Position numbers and translations under genes: made by a program. Positions 26,145-44,744 of a stretch of DNA of 64,000 nucleotides are shown here, piece after piece (the first letter of the stretch is position 1; each line of letters opens with the position of its first letter). The notes beneath the pieces were generated by a model. It did no database searches, had not been told where the DNA came from, and saw only the letters and a program-made list of their open reading frames with translations. Origin of the DNA: Eledone cirrhosa (taxonomy: Eukaryota). The DNA lies in NCBI GenBank assembly GCA_964016885.1, contig OZ024750.1:26226001-26290000 (forward strand), read 5' to 3'.

Positions 26145-26690
26145 GATGTTAAAGTCCTTTAATGATAATGTTGTGATACATATTTCAATGACGACAGTGA
26201 CCACACGCTCTCGTGCACCAAGTGCCATGACATCATCAGACAGCTTCTTACATAATGAGGTTGTTTCCGAGGCAATCCAAATTGAATCGGCAAGGGAACG
26301 GACAAAGCCAGTGTTCTTGAATCCTTCCCTCGATCCCTTGTGTGTCCCAATTTACCTCCACCGGTGTGCGCAGGCACAAGTCCGAAGGAAGTTGACCATC
26401 CACCACCCGAAAACTCTACGAAACTCACCTAGGCAGGTCCCCTCACACCCCAACCATGTCTGTAATATGACATGGTTTTAGTTTACTACTAGTCGCACTG
26501 CCAGTGGCAGTTGACCGACACCTAGTGGTAGTGGTAGAGTATGAGTTTCAAATAGGCTCCGATACTACCCCTAAATTATGCTTGGACAATAGAATTGACT
26601 ATCACCCGCTAAGAGAATATAAACATAACTTTAGATATGGTTTCACAGTGGAAATTATGATTGAAAATTAGAAATTAAAAATTCACAAGT
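26145..26690 (+). repeat. Old dispersed repeat, inverted copy at ~47845-48385
   Basis: gatgttaaagtcctttaat..tgatacatatttcaatg..tttccgaggcaat..ttcacagtggaaattatga matches the reverse complement there. Confidence 0.75.
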
Positions 26691-26747
26691 TAAAATCTTG
26701 ATTGAAGTAATATATATATATATACACACACACACACGCATACACAT

Positions 26748-26782
<35 letters not shown>

Positions 26783-26989
26783 ATAAATAGGGAGATGTTT
26801 AAATTATAGTAAGAAGTTTTGAAAGGGGATCAATATTACAGATATACTTTCCATTTATTGAACGTACAGTAGACCGGAGTGTAAATTACAGTATGAAACG
26901 TAGTAATTAGGCAAACAATTAGTTAATATCTTCTTCTATCATATGAATCAAAACAAAACAAAAAGTTCTTCATCCTCAGTGTATACTGA

Positions 26990-27440
26990 TTAATGTTCAC
27001 AGCGATACTTAGCATTCTCGTGTAGCCCCATCCTCCGTCTGAGTAAGTTTCTTGGTCAGTGTCCCAGTCTCAGACCCATTCATTAGCACAGAATCCCCTA
27101 CAGCAACGAAGAGACGGATCTTCAGGTCTCTACGAAGGTCTGACTTCCACACCGAGCTAAAACAGTGGCACGCCGCCCAGGCTTTGCTCTTCCACTCTAC
27201 CACATCATCTTCTGTATTCCCAATTTGCTCCCAGATACAAGAAGTCCTCAATCAAATCTAGCGGCTCCCCCCCTACATTAGTAATCTTCTCTGGCTTCTT
27301 AATATTCTCTACCATATACTTCATCTTAATCTCATTCATTCAAAGCCCCATACTAATCGACACAGTCTCCACTTCCTGCATCAAATACTCTGCCTCCTTC
27401 ACTGTGTTTGTCACCGGAACTATGTCATCGACAAATTAGT
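26990..27440 (-). mobile_element. RTE/RTEX-like LINE RT fragment
   Basis: VDDIV..., KAWAACH...VWKSDLRRDLKIRLF...SVLMNGSETGTLTK. Confidence 0.7.
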
Positions 27441-27978
27441 TATGCAGATTTCTAGCCAGTATAGAGAAGGTTAATGTGCTCAATGCATATAGGTTGTTAG
27501 ACTAGCGAACCATGTGATTAAATGTAATGAGAGATAGCTTAACAATCGTATAATAAGCAGAGGAAAAACCGTTTTTAAAATGGTGGAGAGAATAACAAAG
27601 ATTTATGAATACATGTATATATTTAATGGCTGACAAGTATGGCAGTGAAAAAACTTTATAACAGCCATTTTGTGTGGCTGCTATAACGTCCTTTCACTTC
27701 CAACCTTTTAATATCAATATTCCACATTTCGGTGATATAATTTAATTTATGAATTAATATGTTATGAAGAATTTTTTTTTGTAGGCTCTGATGATAATAG
27801 TAATTTTTAATGGAGTAATATCGATTTATATTAGATACCCCAACATGTATGTCCATCCTTACTGTACAATATTTGAAAAAACTTGTCAGCCATTAAATAT
27901 ATACATATATTTATAAATCTTTGTTATTCTCTCCAGCATTTTCAATACGATATATATATATATGTATATATATTTATA

Positions 27979-28224
<246 letters not shown>

Positions 28225-28372
28225 AAGTTACAGTATCGTGAGAGAGGATAGAGAGATGAGGTAAAAGAGAAACGATACAGAGGATTAATTGCCAAAATTT
28301 GCTCGATGCTTATGTAAACAGGTTTAAACATTAGAGGCGTTAATATTTAGTGTACGAAGTTAAGCAGAGCAA

Positions 28373-29354
28373 TTATAATCGAAATAATTGATGAAAGAGA
28401 AGCAAGCCGTTAAAACACATTTATAAAAATCTCTTACATATGTTTCGCCTAATGGGGCTCGTCTGAGGCGGTTAAATAGGCTAATAAATTAATAATGAAC
28501 CCTGTAATGTCACAAGCAAAATTTTAATATCGAAATCCATTACTTTGTGTTACAAAATGGAGTCAAGATCTTTGTTACTAAGGGAAGTATTTCCGGTGCA
28601 TGCTAAAGTTATCTCTTTGATCAATGACAGCTATTAAAACATTAATTTAATTATGTTAATTTAATTATGGTTTGTCAAGTCAATTTAATGAGACACTGTT
28701 AAGGTATGAGTCTTAGAATCAATTATGAGTAAGGTAATTAAAGACTTTAAACTAGTTTAGTTAGTACATAGCTGCAATATCAATATAGGCTTAATAGTCT
28801 AGAAATGTAAAGACATATAAGATGGATTCAGTATAATCATATGATCATATGTCTACAGTGTTTAAAGGGTATAGTCAGCAGTTCTGTAATATTACCCAAA
28901 GTTTAGTCTATCAGTGTGGAAGAATACAAAAGGGTAATCTCCTCTGAAAATATGCAGTGAAGCTCCATGGAGGGACGACGGGGGTTGGATGATGGTATTG
29001 TTCAAAGATGTTTAATTTTAAGTCTACCATTTTAGGTCGAGCCAGGGCACAGTGTTGGAGGCCCCGGGTGTTATGGTGTTTGAGTAATAGCCGGGATCCA
29101 TCTATAGAAGGACTGTTGTAGTCTATGTCCGCAATTGATGACAGTTTCGGCTCGACTATTAATGAGGTGCTTGTAACACGAAGTAATGCATTTCGATGTT
29201 AAAATTTTGCTTGTACCCTTACAGGGTTCATTATTAATTTCTTTGCCTTATTTACCCGCCTCAGACGAGCCCCATTGGGCGAAACATATGTAAGAGATTT
29301 TTATAAATGTGTTTTAACGGGTTGCTACTCTTTCATCAATTTTTTCGATTATAT
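28373..29354. mobile_element. ORF-less element with ~180-bp inverted termini carrying a hammerhead-like motif, between (TA)n tracts
   Basis: 28373-28550 is the reverse complement of 29174-29354; motif CAGACGA gccc-catt-gggc GAAA catatg UA agag at 29258-29296 (U4>A). Confidence 0.7.
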
Positions 29355-29415
29355 AAATATATATGTATATATATACATATATATATATATACATACATAC
29401 ATATATACATATACA

Positions 29416-29535
<120 letters not shown>

Positions 29536-30094
29536 GACAGGGGGGAAGAAAAAATGGCTTCACTTGTGCTTTCAACAAATATCTTTTCTTCACAAAATCC
29601 AAAAAGAATTTTTCTTAAAAAAAATTATTTTATAAATTAAGTTGTTGGTTGTTGGTTAGGTCTTAGGAGTTCTTGGTTAACGTAGGAGGTATTGTTTCGT
29701 TTTTAGAAAGACCTTTCACGCTGAGGTGCGCCGGTCAAACTGATGTGTATGTGGTGTGTTGTTCTATATATAGGGATTTAACATGTCTGTGGTGTGGTGG
29801 GGCTTTCTTTTCTCCCCCTTTAATAAGTGCATGGGTGTAGGTGTGTTGAAAAAGTGTTCATAGCAGTAATGAGTTGAGACGGTGAGTAGGGTTGGGTGGG
29901 GAGAAATGTAGCAAGTGCGGCTTGCCCCGGTCATTCTCGAAAAATTCCTTTATTCAGGGGAAAAAGCTTTTAGCATTGCTTTTGTGTTGAGAATGGTCAC
30001 CGGCAAATCGCACCTGTCAGGTTTGTGAATAATTCTTTTTTTCTTTTTTTCCTGAAGAATTTTTCTACGTCCATCCCAAAGTTAGTCCTTTGTT

Positions 30095-30314
30095 CAACAC
30101 ACACATATGTGTGCATGTACGTACATACACACCCGGGCATATGTAGGAATATATAGGCACACACCATCAATCACACACCCATGTACAAATACATACACTA
30201 AAACATATAGAGACACATACAAAAACACACATACACATACGTACACACACGAATATGTACTCATACCTCCACATGGGTATATATATATAAATATATACAC
30301 ATACATATACACAT

Positions 30315-30361
<47 letters not shown>

Positions 30362-30368
30362 CATATAT

Positions 30369-30412
<44 letters not shown>

Positions 30413-30424
30413 ACATACATATAT

Positions 30425-30513
<89 letters not shown>

Positions 30514-30590
30514 TACATACATATACATACATACATATACATACATATACACACATAAAGATACATAACTAAATATACATATATACACAT

Positions 30591-30632
<42 letters not shown>

Positions 30633-30635
30633 GTG

Positions 30636-30667
<32 letters not shown>

Positions 30668-30796
30668 TATACATATGTCCGTATATATACCCCTCCGTTC
30701 ACACATACATGCATACATACACACACATATACACAAAAACATCTATATATATATATACACATATAAAGAGAGAGGCATACACACACACACACATAC

Positions 30797-30857
<61 letters not shown>

Positions 30858-31066
30858 CACACACATACATACACATACATACACACATATGTACACATAA
30901 ATACATACAGACACATACACACATATACACATACATACATATCCATATACATATATATACACACATACATATACACACATATATATATATATATATATAT
31001 ACATATATACATACATATATATATACATATATATACACACACACACACATACATACACAAATACAC

Positions 31067-31133
<67 letters not shown>

Positions 31134-31344
31134 CGTATACACGAGCACATAAAGACACACATACACATACACATACATATATATACATATATATACACAT
31201 ACATCTAGATACATACATATACACAAACAGAAACATACACATATGTACACACATATATACATATATGCACATACATACACACACACACACATATACAGGT
31301 ACATACACATACATACACACACACATAAACATACATATCTATCC

Positions 31345-31395
<51 letters not shown>

Positions 31396-31460
31396 CACAT
31401 ACACACACACATATATACAAACATACACATACATACAAGTACATATACACACATATATAT

Positions 31461-31555
<95 letters not shown>

Positions 31556-31725
31556 TATATACATACATATATACACACACACATACAAACATACACACAT
31601 CCATACATATATGTATATATATACACACACACACCCACACACACACACATATACACACACCCACATACATATATACCCACACGTACATACATCCATACTT
31701 CCCTACACACATATATGTGTGTGTC
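30095..31725. repeat. 1.6-kb compound (TA)/(CA)/(TACA) microsatellite
   Basis: Seen directly; source of the spurious YI/HT/CV ORFs. Confidence 0.95.
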
Positions 31726-31817
31726 TCACCGTTCATTCAGATATTCATGTGTATACATAAGAAGAGGGGGAGGGGGGGGGGGCGTAGTGAAATGGAATTT
31801 CACCTCCGACTGTTAAT

Positions 31818-32318
31818 TCATTTTTTCGTGTTCAGTAGTGGTTTAAATTTTTCAATGAAGAATTCTTCTTTATATCTGCGGAAATGTTCGTTATCCGACC
31901 ATATCTTGAAGAAAGGGAAGATTGTGAATTTTCCCTTCCCGCATGATGCAAAGTGTGCGCTACATGTGGTATTTCTGACTGTGGGGTCTTTAATCTGTTG
32001 TTTATGTACCCGGACTCTATCATGTAATCCCGTTCCGGTTTCCCCAATGTAATACTCTTTACACTGTGGACATGTTGCGCAATATATTAGGTTTTTCGTT
32101 TTGCAGTTCATGTTAGCATTGACCTTGATATTATCATGGTTTTTGAATGACAACTGTTTGCCCTCTTCGATGAGTTCACAGATTCCACATCTAGGGTCCC
32201 CGCATTTTGTCACTTGCATTGATTCCATGTTGGTCGTAAATTTTGCCCTGGTAATTAGTTTTTTAAGGTTGGGTGCTTGGCGTCTGCTATAAATTATCTG
32301 TGTGTTTTTTAAGAGTGC

Positions 32319-32320
<2 letters not shown>
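31818..32320 (-). mobile_element. Penelope-like element GIY-YIG endonuclease fragment
   Basis: CGDPRCGIC...[25 protein letters not shown]...RVRVH...[14 protein letters not shown]; truncated at (TA)n. Confidence 0.9.
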
Positions 32321-32392
<72 letters not shown>

Positions 32393-32599
32393 AAAGAAGA
32401 GAGGTGTAACACACGAGTTGTGATATATTAGTAAAAGGAAAAGAAAATGCTGACAAATTTTTCTCAGTGAAAAATAGTTTAATTAGGAAGAAGAAAAAAT
32501 TAGTAATAAGTATTGGTTAGTATTCAGTTTTAGTTTTAAATTTTTACCGGTGGCGCATTTCTAATGCTTTTCAAAAATATGTGTGTTTGTGTGTGTGCG

Positions 32600-36960
<4,361 letters not shown>

Positions 36961-37224
36961 AGACTACTTATCGCAAATCCCAGGAAACCCGCGTATAGGA
37001 GAAATACAAAAGATAGTACTAATGGGAACTGCCCATATACTAAGGAAGATTCTGTCAATATAAGTACATCACAAGTCTAAACACTAAAGAATATGTATGT
37101 TTTTTCTTGAATATGGTGAATATGTATGTTTTATCTTGAACATGACGGATCTTGTTGTCTCTTGAGGTCACTGGTTGTGACTTGGTGATAACTCGTAAGA
37201 ACATAAAGCAAGATAAATGCAACT

Positions 37225-37257
<33 letters not shown>
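36961..37257 (+). mobile_element. 3' fragment of a different RLE/Dong-like family with (TAA)n tail
   Basis: QIPGNPRIGEIQKIVLMGTAHILRKILSI* parallels [19 protein letters not shown]; distinct 3' UTR. Confidence 0.8.
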
Positions 37258-37259
<2 letters not shown>

Positions 37260-40200
37260 CCCAAGGAGAGGGGCTATAGGAGACGGATCCATAACATCTG
37301 GAACGAGATTGGTCTATTTAAATTAGATGAACAAAAATTGGCCGGGCAGGCTCGGGTAATAAGATCTAATAGGTGGATAAGCGAGCTGGAACTGGAGGAA
37401 CTGAGCAGAGAGAATAGCTTGGAGATGGAGGGTGTAGTATGCCAGACAAACGAGCCAGTGGGAAATGAAGGTGAAGAGGTCGAGAGAACGGAGGAACCAC
37501 CCGAAGCAGACAATGATCTGAATACTGAGATAAATAATTGTTTCTACTTTTGGCACAAGGCCAGCAATTACCCAGTGCATTACTGGTACTTTATTTTATC
37601 GACCCCGAAAGGATGAAAGGCAAAGTTAACCTCGGCGGGATTTGAATCAGAATGGCAAGGGCCGTAACTCTATACGTCAAAGCATGGCGATAAATAATAC
37701 CTGGAACAGAGATACGGCCACTAAGAAGATGAATGCTGACGGGCTAGGACAAGATTCGGTTGACATCCTAAATTTAGTGGTAGATGAATTGAACAATGAT
37801 AGTGGGAGACCTATGAACCTAAGATTTTTAGACAGGAAAAAGTTAAAAGAAACAACAGCTAAGGTAAACAAAGTCATCCCATACCTTGAGGCGAGGAGCC
37901 TTCACCAGTGCAACAATATCCTCAAAGCAACAGCAAATACGGTGAGGAAACTACTTGGTATAAAAACGAGAGGAAACAACAGACAAGAAAGAGCAGAGCC
38001 TTGGTGGAAGAAACGACTGAGTGGTCAAATCAAGGAAATGAGAAATGAAATGACATAGGAAAGCTTGAGTCACTACTGAATGGGACACTAAAAAACATAG
38101 GCACTAAAAATAGACTGGAAATAAAGTACAAAACTAGGAGGAAAAAGCTAAATATTATCATAGAGGAACTGAAGCAACGCATTGTAACAAAGAGTGCAAA
38201 AATCAGGCGATACGAGAACAGAGTCAGTCAGTATAAACAGAACCGCATGTTCGACAACAACCAGAAGATGCTGTTTGGACAGCTTGAGGGGAAAGAAAGA
38301 GCAACGACTTGATCCCTGGGGCGGAACAAACTAAAACATTCTGGAGAGGAATATGGGAGCAGGATGTTAGACATAATGACCAGGCAGGGTGGATTGAGAC
38401 AGTACAGAGGGAGATCGGTGAGCAGGCACACCAACAAACTGATTTGAGTATCACAGTTGAAACTCTTAAGGGGCAGGCCAAAAATCTAACCAACTGGAAA
38501 TCACCAGGCCCAGATGGTGTGCTGGGGTATTGGATTAAAAATTTAACATCCCTCCGCCCGAAGCTGACGGCCATGTTCAATGACTGCTTGGTGTCGGGTG
38601 AGGTGCCAGAGTGGTTGACAAAAGGTACCACAGTTCTGATAATGAAAGACCGAATCAAGGGTAATGATGTTACCAACTATAGACCTATCACATGTCTGTC
38701 CGTAGTGTGGAAACTGTTGACGAGCATTGTGTCTGAGGAAATCTACCATCACCTCCACACAAACAACTTGTTACCGGACGAACAGAAAGGATGCCGAAAG
38801 AAGTCACGTGGTACAAAGGACCAGTTACTTATTGATAAGATGGTAATGGGGAATTGCAGGAGGAGACACACTGATCTTGCCATGGGATGGATAGACTACA
38901 GAAGGGCATTTGACATGGTGCCTCATTCTTGGATCACCAAAACCCCGGAGATCTTCAGGGTGGCAGATAACATCAGACAGTTGCTGGGCAGGAGTATGGG
39001 GTCCTGGGAGACAGAGTTGACATCAACTGGAGTATCCTTGGGAAGCGTGAAGATCAAGAGAGGTATCTTCCAGGGAGATAGCCTGGCCCCTCTGTTGTTT
39101 GTCCTTGCCCTGATGCCCTTGACCATTATGTTGCGAAAAGTGAGAGCAGAGTACAAGTTGGGAAGGGGAGAGCTTACCATCAATCACCTCCTCTTCATGG
39201 ATGATCTTAAGCTCTTCGGGAAAAGTGAGAAGGAGTTGGATGTGCTTGTTGACACTGTCCGTATTTTCAGCAGTGATATATGTATGCAGTTTGGTATTGG
39301 TAAATGTGGAGTCATTGTGATGAGGAGGGGTAGGTTGAGCAGAAGTAACGGGATACAGATACCAACAGGTGAGATGATAAAGGAAATTGACTCTGAGGAA
39401 GGATACAAGTATTTGGGCGTTCTGGAGGCTGATGGCATAAAGAACAAAAAAATGAAGGAATTGTTAAGAACTGAATACATTCGGAGAGTAAGGAGCGTAT
39501 TGAAGTCACATCTGAACAGCAGAAATGCCATAAGCGCAGTAAATTCCCGAGCTGTGTCTATTATTAGGTACAGTGCGGGAATTCTGAGATGGAATGTTGC
39601 TGAACAAAAAGAAATGGATAGGAAGACTAGGAAGCTATTGCCTATCTACAACATGTTCCACAAGAGGAGTGATGTCGATAGACTCAACCTAAGGAGATCT
39701 GAGGGTGGAAGAGGTCTTATCAGCATAGAGGACTGTGTTCAGATGGAGAAAAATAACCTATACAAATACGTGACTGATAGTAAGGAGCCAATGCTCAGAA
39801 CTGTACTGAAGGAGGGGACAGTAGGCCAGGGGATGTCCAAGGAGGAAATAACATCAAGGAGAAAGAGCAGCCTTCAGGGAAAATCCCTTCATAGTACCTT
39901 CTTTGAGAAAACTGAATTTAGAGATCCACAGACATGGAACTGGTTGAGAAGAGGAGACCTCAAAAAGGCTACAGAAGGAATGCTAATGGCTGCGCAGGAG
40001 CAGGCCCTCAAAACGAAGTGGTTGAAGCACCATATCTACAAGGAGGAGGCTAGCCCACTGTGCAGGATCTGTGGAGAGAGAGAGGAGACTGTGGCTCACA
40101 TTGTGTCCGAGTGTAAACACCTAGCCCAGACCCACTATAAGGGCTGGAGACACGATGTGATGGGCAGGGTGATTCACTGGCACCTGTGCAAAGTAAACAA

Positions 40201-40753
40201 TTTACCACATTCTGAGAAATGGTATGAGCATAGGCCAGAGGCGGTGATGGAGAACAATCAGGTGAAGGTGCTGTGGGATTTTAGGATACAGACGGACAAA
40301 AAACTGGAACACAATAGACCTGACCTGGTGGTTGTGGACAAAGAAAAAAGATCGTGCCTGATTGTGGATGTGGCCTGCCCGTTCGACACGAGAGTGCAAG
40401 AGAAGGAGAGGGAGAAAATTAACCGATACCAGGACCTAAAGTGGGAGGTGAAAAGGATTTGGAACTGCCATGAAGTCAAAGTGATCCCGATTGTCATAGG
40501 CGCACTGGGGACTATCTCCAAAAGTTTCCAGGGATGGTTAAAGAAAATCGGCCCCTTCACGCTTTTTGGAACGCTTCAAAAGGCATGCTTGCTTGGAACA
40601 GCAAGAACCCTCCGATACGTCCTGAATATCTGAGGCTGCAGGTAGTGGCTTGATATTCAATCCAACGGACTTTCCAGTTAACCAACATCAATGACTGAGA
40701 TTCAAGGAATAACAATAACAATAATAATAATAATAATAATAGTAATAATAATA
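37258..40753 (+). mobile_element. Second, 5'-truncated copy of the Dong-like element
   Basis: Near-identical to ~33656-36960; open 774-aa ORF 38309-40633; frameshifts at ~38045 and ~38300; SINE insertion. Confidence 0.95.
37539..37688 (-). mobile_element. SINE inserted in the LINE, 10-bp TSD
   Basis: gataaataat at 37529-37538 and 37689-37698; the empty site is visible in copy 1 at ~33928-33937. Confidence 0.9.
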
Positions 40754-41014
40754 AATTTGAAGACTAAAATCCAAAGACGGTTCGATAAGGATAAATATAT
40801 ATCAAAATATAACAGCCGTAGAGCAAATATTTATTAAAATAACAGATTAAAGTTTAAGCAAAGAATCGCTGCTTTCACCCTTAACGGGATCTTCTGAAAC
40901 TGACACATTCAATCTGTAAACGCAGAAGTGAATATTTCAATAAACGTTGCAACCGGAGGAAGACAGGAAGATGATACTTTGGTTCGTGGAAACATTCCCT
41001 GGCAAAGAACGGGA

Positions 41015-41100
41015 AAAAACGAATATAATATGTCATACTTATATAAAAACGAATATAATATGTCATACTTATATAAAAACGAATATAATATATAATACTT
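41015..41100. repeat. 30-bp tandem repeat, ~3 units
   Basis: aaaaacgaatataatatgtcatacttatat repeated. Confidence 0.85.
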
Positions 41101-41118
41101 AGTGTAGTAGTGTGGGTA

Positions 41119-42604
41119 ATAGGAACGAGTGGGACCCCGACGGCTGAGCTCAAGCCGTTTCGACGGCTAATTCTGGACTAAATGAAAATGTTTATCCTGG
41201 TATATGAATAGCCGAGCTTCTTTGGGGGTAATTCCATATATGGTAAAAGTGATTGTCACAAGGATTGGTCAAAAGTTTGTTGTTGAGACACATAATTCTA
41301 TCATGGCAATTTGTGGAAGGAAGGGGTAGCTGAACCTGCCAGTAGAAGAAAGAGGGAGAGAGGGTGGAGGAAACCCGGTCGTGCGTTGATAGTGCCAACT
41401 ACAGCAGTGCAGGAGGTCAAGGAAGTATACTAGGGAGGAGGAGGGGGAGGAGTCGAAACAATAAGTAAAACAGTATGGGGTAAATATATAGAAAAATACC
41501 GAGAATGTTAAAAAACAATTAAATATAAAAAAAACAATTTCTGGTTACTATTTCCTAAGGACAGCTATCAAGTCTCTCACTGGTACTGCTGGACTAAAGA
41601 AAAGTTTACTAGGTGGGACGGAATTATAATGAGACCCTTTTAAGAGGTAGTAGTAATCAACCGACTATATCTTACGGTGACGGGTCAACAAGTGGGGGGC
41701 CAAAATACTAAAGAAACTACGACGAAATAATAATTCTGAGTCCCGAGACTAATACGAAATAATTGTTTCTACCCTAGGCACAAGGCCAGTAAACACCCAG
41801 TGCAAAAAATAAACTAATACGAAATAATAATTCAGAATCTCGAAAAAGAATGATAATACTATCTCTAAGGGTGCCGCTACGATACAAAAATTCTAGTGCA
41901 AACTACATGACTGCTCGTACGAAGTATATGAACAATTTGATACGGAAAATTAATTCAGAGTCCCCCCCCCCAAAAAAAAAATACTGATATGCGAGAAATT
42001 AAAGCAAAGATACCACTAAGAAATGTAGAAAGCACGGAAAAGGGGCAGCCATCGGATAAGAGGCCAAGTATCCGGGGTCTATCACATCTGCTATAAAAAG
42101 CGGAGTCGGCCAATTCTATGATAGAATAGGGGAAGGGGATGGGGGTACTGAGGCTACAAAGGACCGAGGGGCTGCCTCGAGTAGGCGAGAGAGTGAAAAG
42201 GACGACGACAAAGAAAGAGGACTGAGGTGGAAGGACTAAGGAAGGGATGGGGGGAAGAAGGAAATATAGAGGAAACGATAAAAAGATATAAAAGAAGATC
42301 TTATGTCTACCTTTGCAGGCAGGGGTTACCCATTACAAAGTCGGCAAGTGGGGTGTTACAGCCCTTGTCTACCCCTTCCCCCCCGGTCATTATGGGGTTT
42401 CAGGGCGAGGTAAGTCCTACGCCATGATAGAATTATGTGTCTCAACAACAAACTTTTGACCAATCCTTGTGACAATCACTTTTACCATATATGGAATTAA
42501 CCCCTGAGAAGCTCGGCTATTCATATACCAGGATAAAAATTTTCATTTAGTCCAGAATTAGCCGTCGAAACGGCTTGAGCTCAGCCGTCGGGGTCCTACT
42601 CGTT

Positions 42605-42609
<5 letters not shown>
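41119..42609. mobile_element. ORF-less element with ~190-bp inverted termini containing a hammerhead-like motif
   Basis: 41119-41307 is the reverse complement of 42421-42609; accc CUGAGAA ..cggcta/tagccg.. GAAA cggct-tgagctc-agccg UC ggggt at 42500-42594; related fragments at ~4681-4740 and ~57160-57215. Confidence 0.7.
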
Positions 42610-42659
<50 letters not shown>

Positions 42660-42725
42660 TATGAAGAGAGAAGAAACGTTTAGATATAATTAGTAATAAG
42701 ATGTATCATACCTAAACTGCTTCTA

Positions 42726-42822
42726 GGTTCTTCGACTACGTAGTTTCGTGGCATAATCAAAAACAATACATCATAGAGATATAGAGCTTTTGTGAGGTCT
42801 GCCGACTTATCAAGAGGATACC
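42726..42822 (-). ncRNA. Hammerhead motif, U3-A8 core variant
   Basis: ggtatcctc UUGAUAA gtcggca...tgccac GAAA ctacgtag UC gaagaacc. Confidence 0.6.
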
Positions 42823-43864
42823 TCATTTTACTAGCTTCAAAGAGCACGTCTATAAGATGTGAGATAGAATCCCAAAAGGCGGAGAGGGAGTCAATCACGT
42901 GATACGACGGTCAAGAAACAGAGCTAAGCCCTTTATAACCCTGAAAAAATACCACGGAGGCGGAGGGGTATTCATATCGAGGCCGTAGAAGAGGTGGTTA
43001 AGGAGGCAAGAAGTATGAGTAATTAAAATTATAACATCAATATAAGTAAGAGATAGAGTATAATGAAGAATCTGGCATGTTAAACAAACTGATATGATAC
43101 AGATGTATGGAATTGACATCTGAAAACTGCTATAGGGTACATTAGATATAGTGTCAAGGTGGCGATGAGATAACAGTAACCACTAAAATATACTTGGAGA
43201 CAGGATTTATGAGGTATCTACTATGCTGTAGGTATTCTGGCAATAAACTGGAGATTTACTTATTATTGTAGATTCGTTATTTAAGTGGTCTATACTAAAG
43301 GTAGGGATTGTTAGTTCGAATCATGGGGCTTTAGTTTTCACAGCATCAATAACAAATTGTGTATAAATAAGACAGTAATAACAACAATAATAGAAACAAT
43401 AAAGGTAATAAAATAGTAAAATATGCATGGTAGATATAAAGAACATGATGAATAATATTAGGGATACATTGAGATGTTCATAATAATAATAAGAATAAAA
43501 AGAGGCAAGTAAGATTTCAAGGAGTGTAGGAGTAATAAGATAATGTACTTAGGATTAGGTTCATCTGTTAGAGATCATGAGTGCTAATGAGAGATATAAT
43601 TGTTTGGTCCGAAGGAGTGAATAACAGGGAAGATGGGATTGATTTATGGGCTGATAAGATAGTTGTAGACATTACTGATACATCCCACTGGTATAGAATT
43701 AAGGAGGCTATAAAGTGTATATAGAAGATTATGATTCTGTAGTGGGCTGTGTGAGAAGGAAGATTTCATATGTTAAAAGCTAAGTGATATTGGTTCGAAT
43801 CACGGTGGTTTAAATCTCGCGAATTTTGTAGCAATCCTATGTCTGCAGACATAGATATATGTAT

Positions 43865-43946
<82 letters not shown>

Positions 43947-43999
43947 TATATACATATACACATATATATATACATATACATATATATATATATATATAC

Positions 44000-44050
<51 letters not shown>

Positions 44051-44056
44051 TATATA

Positions 44057-44112
<56 letters not shown>

Positions 44113-44118
44113 TATATA

Positions 44119-44196
<78 letters not shown>

Positions 44197-44206
44197 TATA
44201 TATATT

Positions 44207-44291
<85 letters not shown>

Positions 44292-44639
44292 TATATTATA
44301 TTTTGAGAATAAACTCTCAGTCGTTTACAATAATCCAGCTCCAAAAAAGGGGCATTTCCGAGCAGTTAAATACATTAAAATATATGATAAACACAAAACG
44401 TGTTTGCATTGTAACAGACAAAGTTAGCTATTAATGAAATAAACTAATTAAAGTGAATACAACTTGTCTGTCTCGATATAAGTCAATAAAGACAAGCTTA
44501 TATTGGCAAAGGCCATGGTTCCTGGACAAATTTAAATTTCAAAATCCAAACCTGCTCCGTAGATGAATTTGAACCTCGAAACCCAAATCCGTTTCGCAAC
44601 GGTGGTACGTGAATTGAAAGATAAAGAGAATCGAAATGG

Positions 44640-44700
<61 letters not shown>

Positions 44701-44744
44701 TATAGAGAAAAATACTGCAGGTCGCACATGGAAACATGTAATAA

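Noticed and set aside
29913-30013. Long imperfect hairpin gtgcggcttgcc...ggcaaatcgcac
   Set aside because: Single instance with no ribozyme core or known ncRNA motif; cannot be assigned by eye.
30094-32052. Long ORFs of YI/HT/CV dipeptides here and at other microsatellites
   Set aside because: Translations of (TA)n/(CA)n repeats; no coding signal.
41015-41100. 30-bp repeats as a possible CRISPR array
   Set aside because: Contiguous units with no spacers, eukaryotic context, no cas genes.
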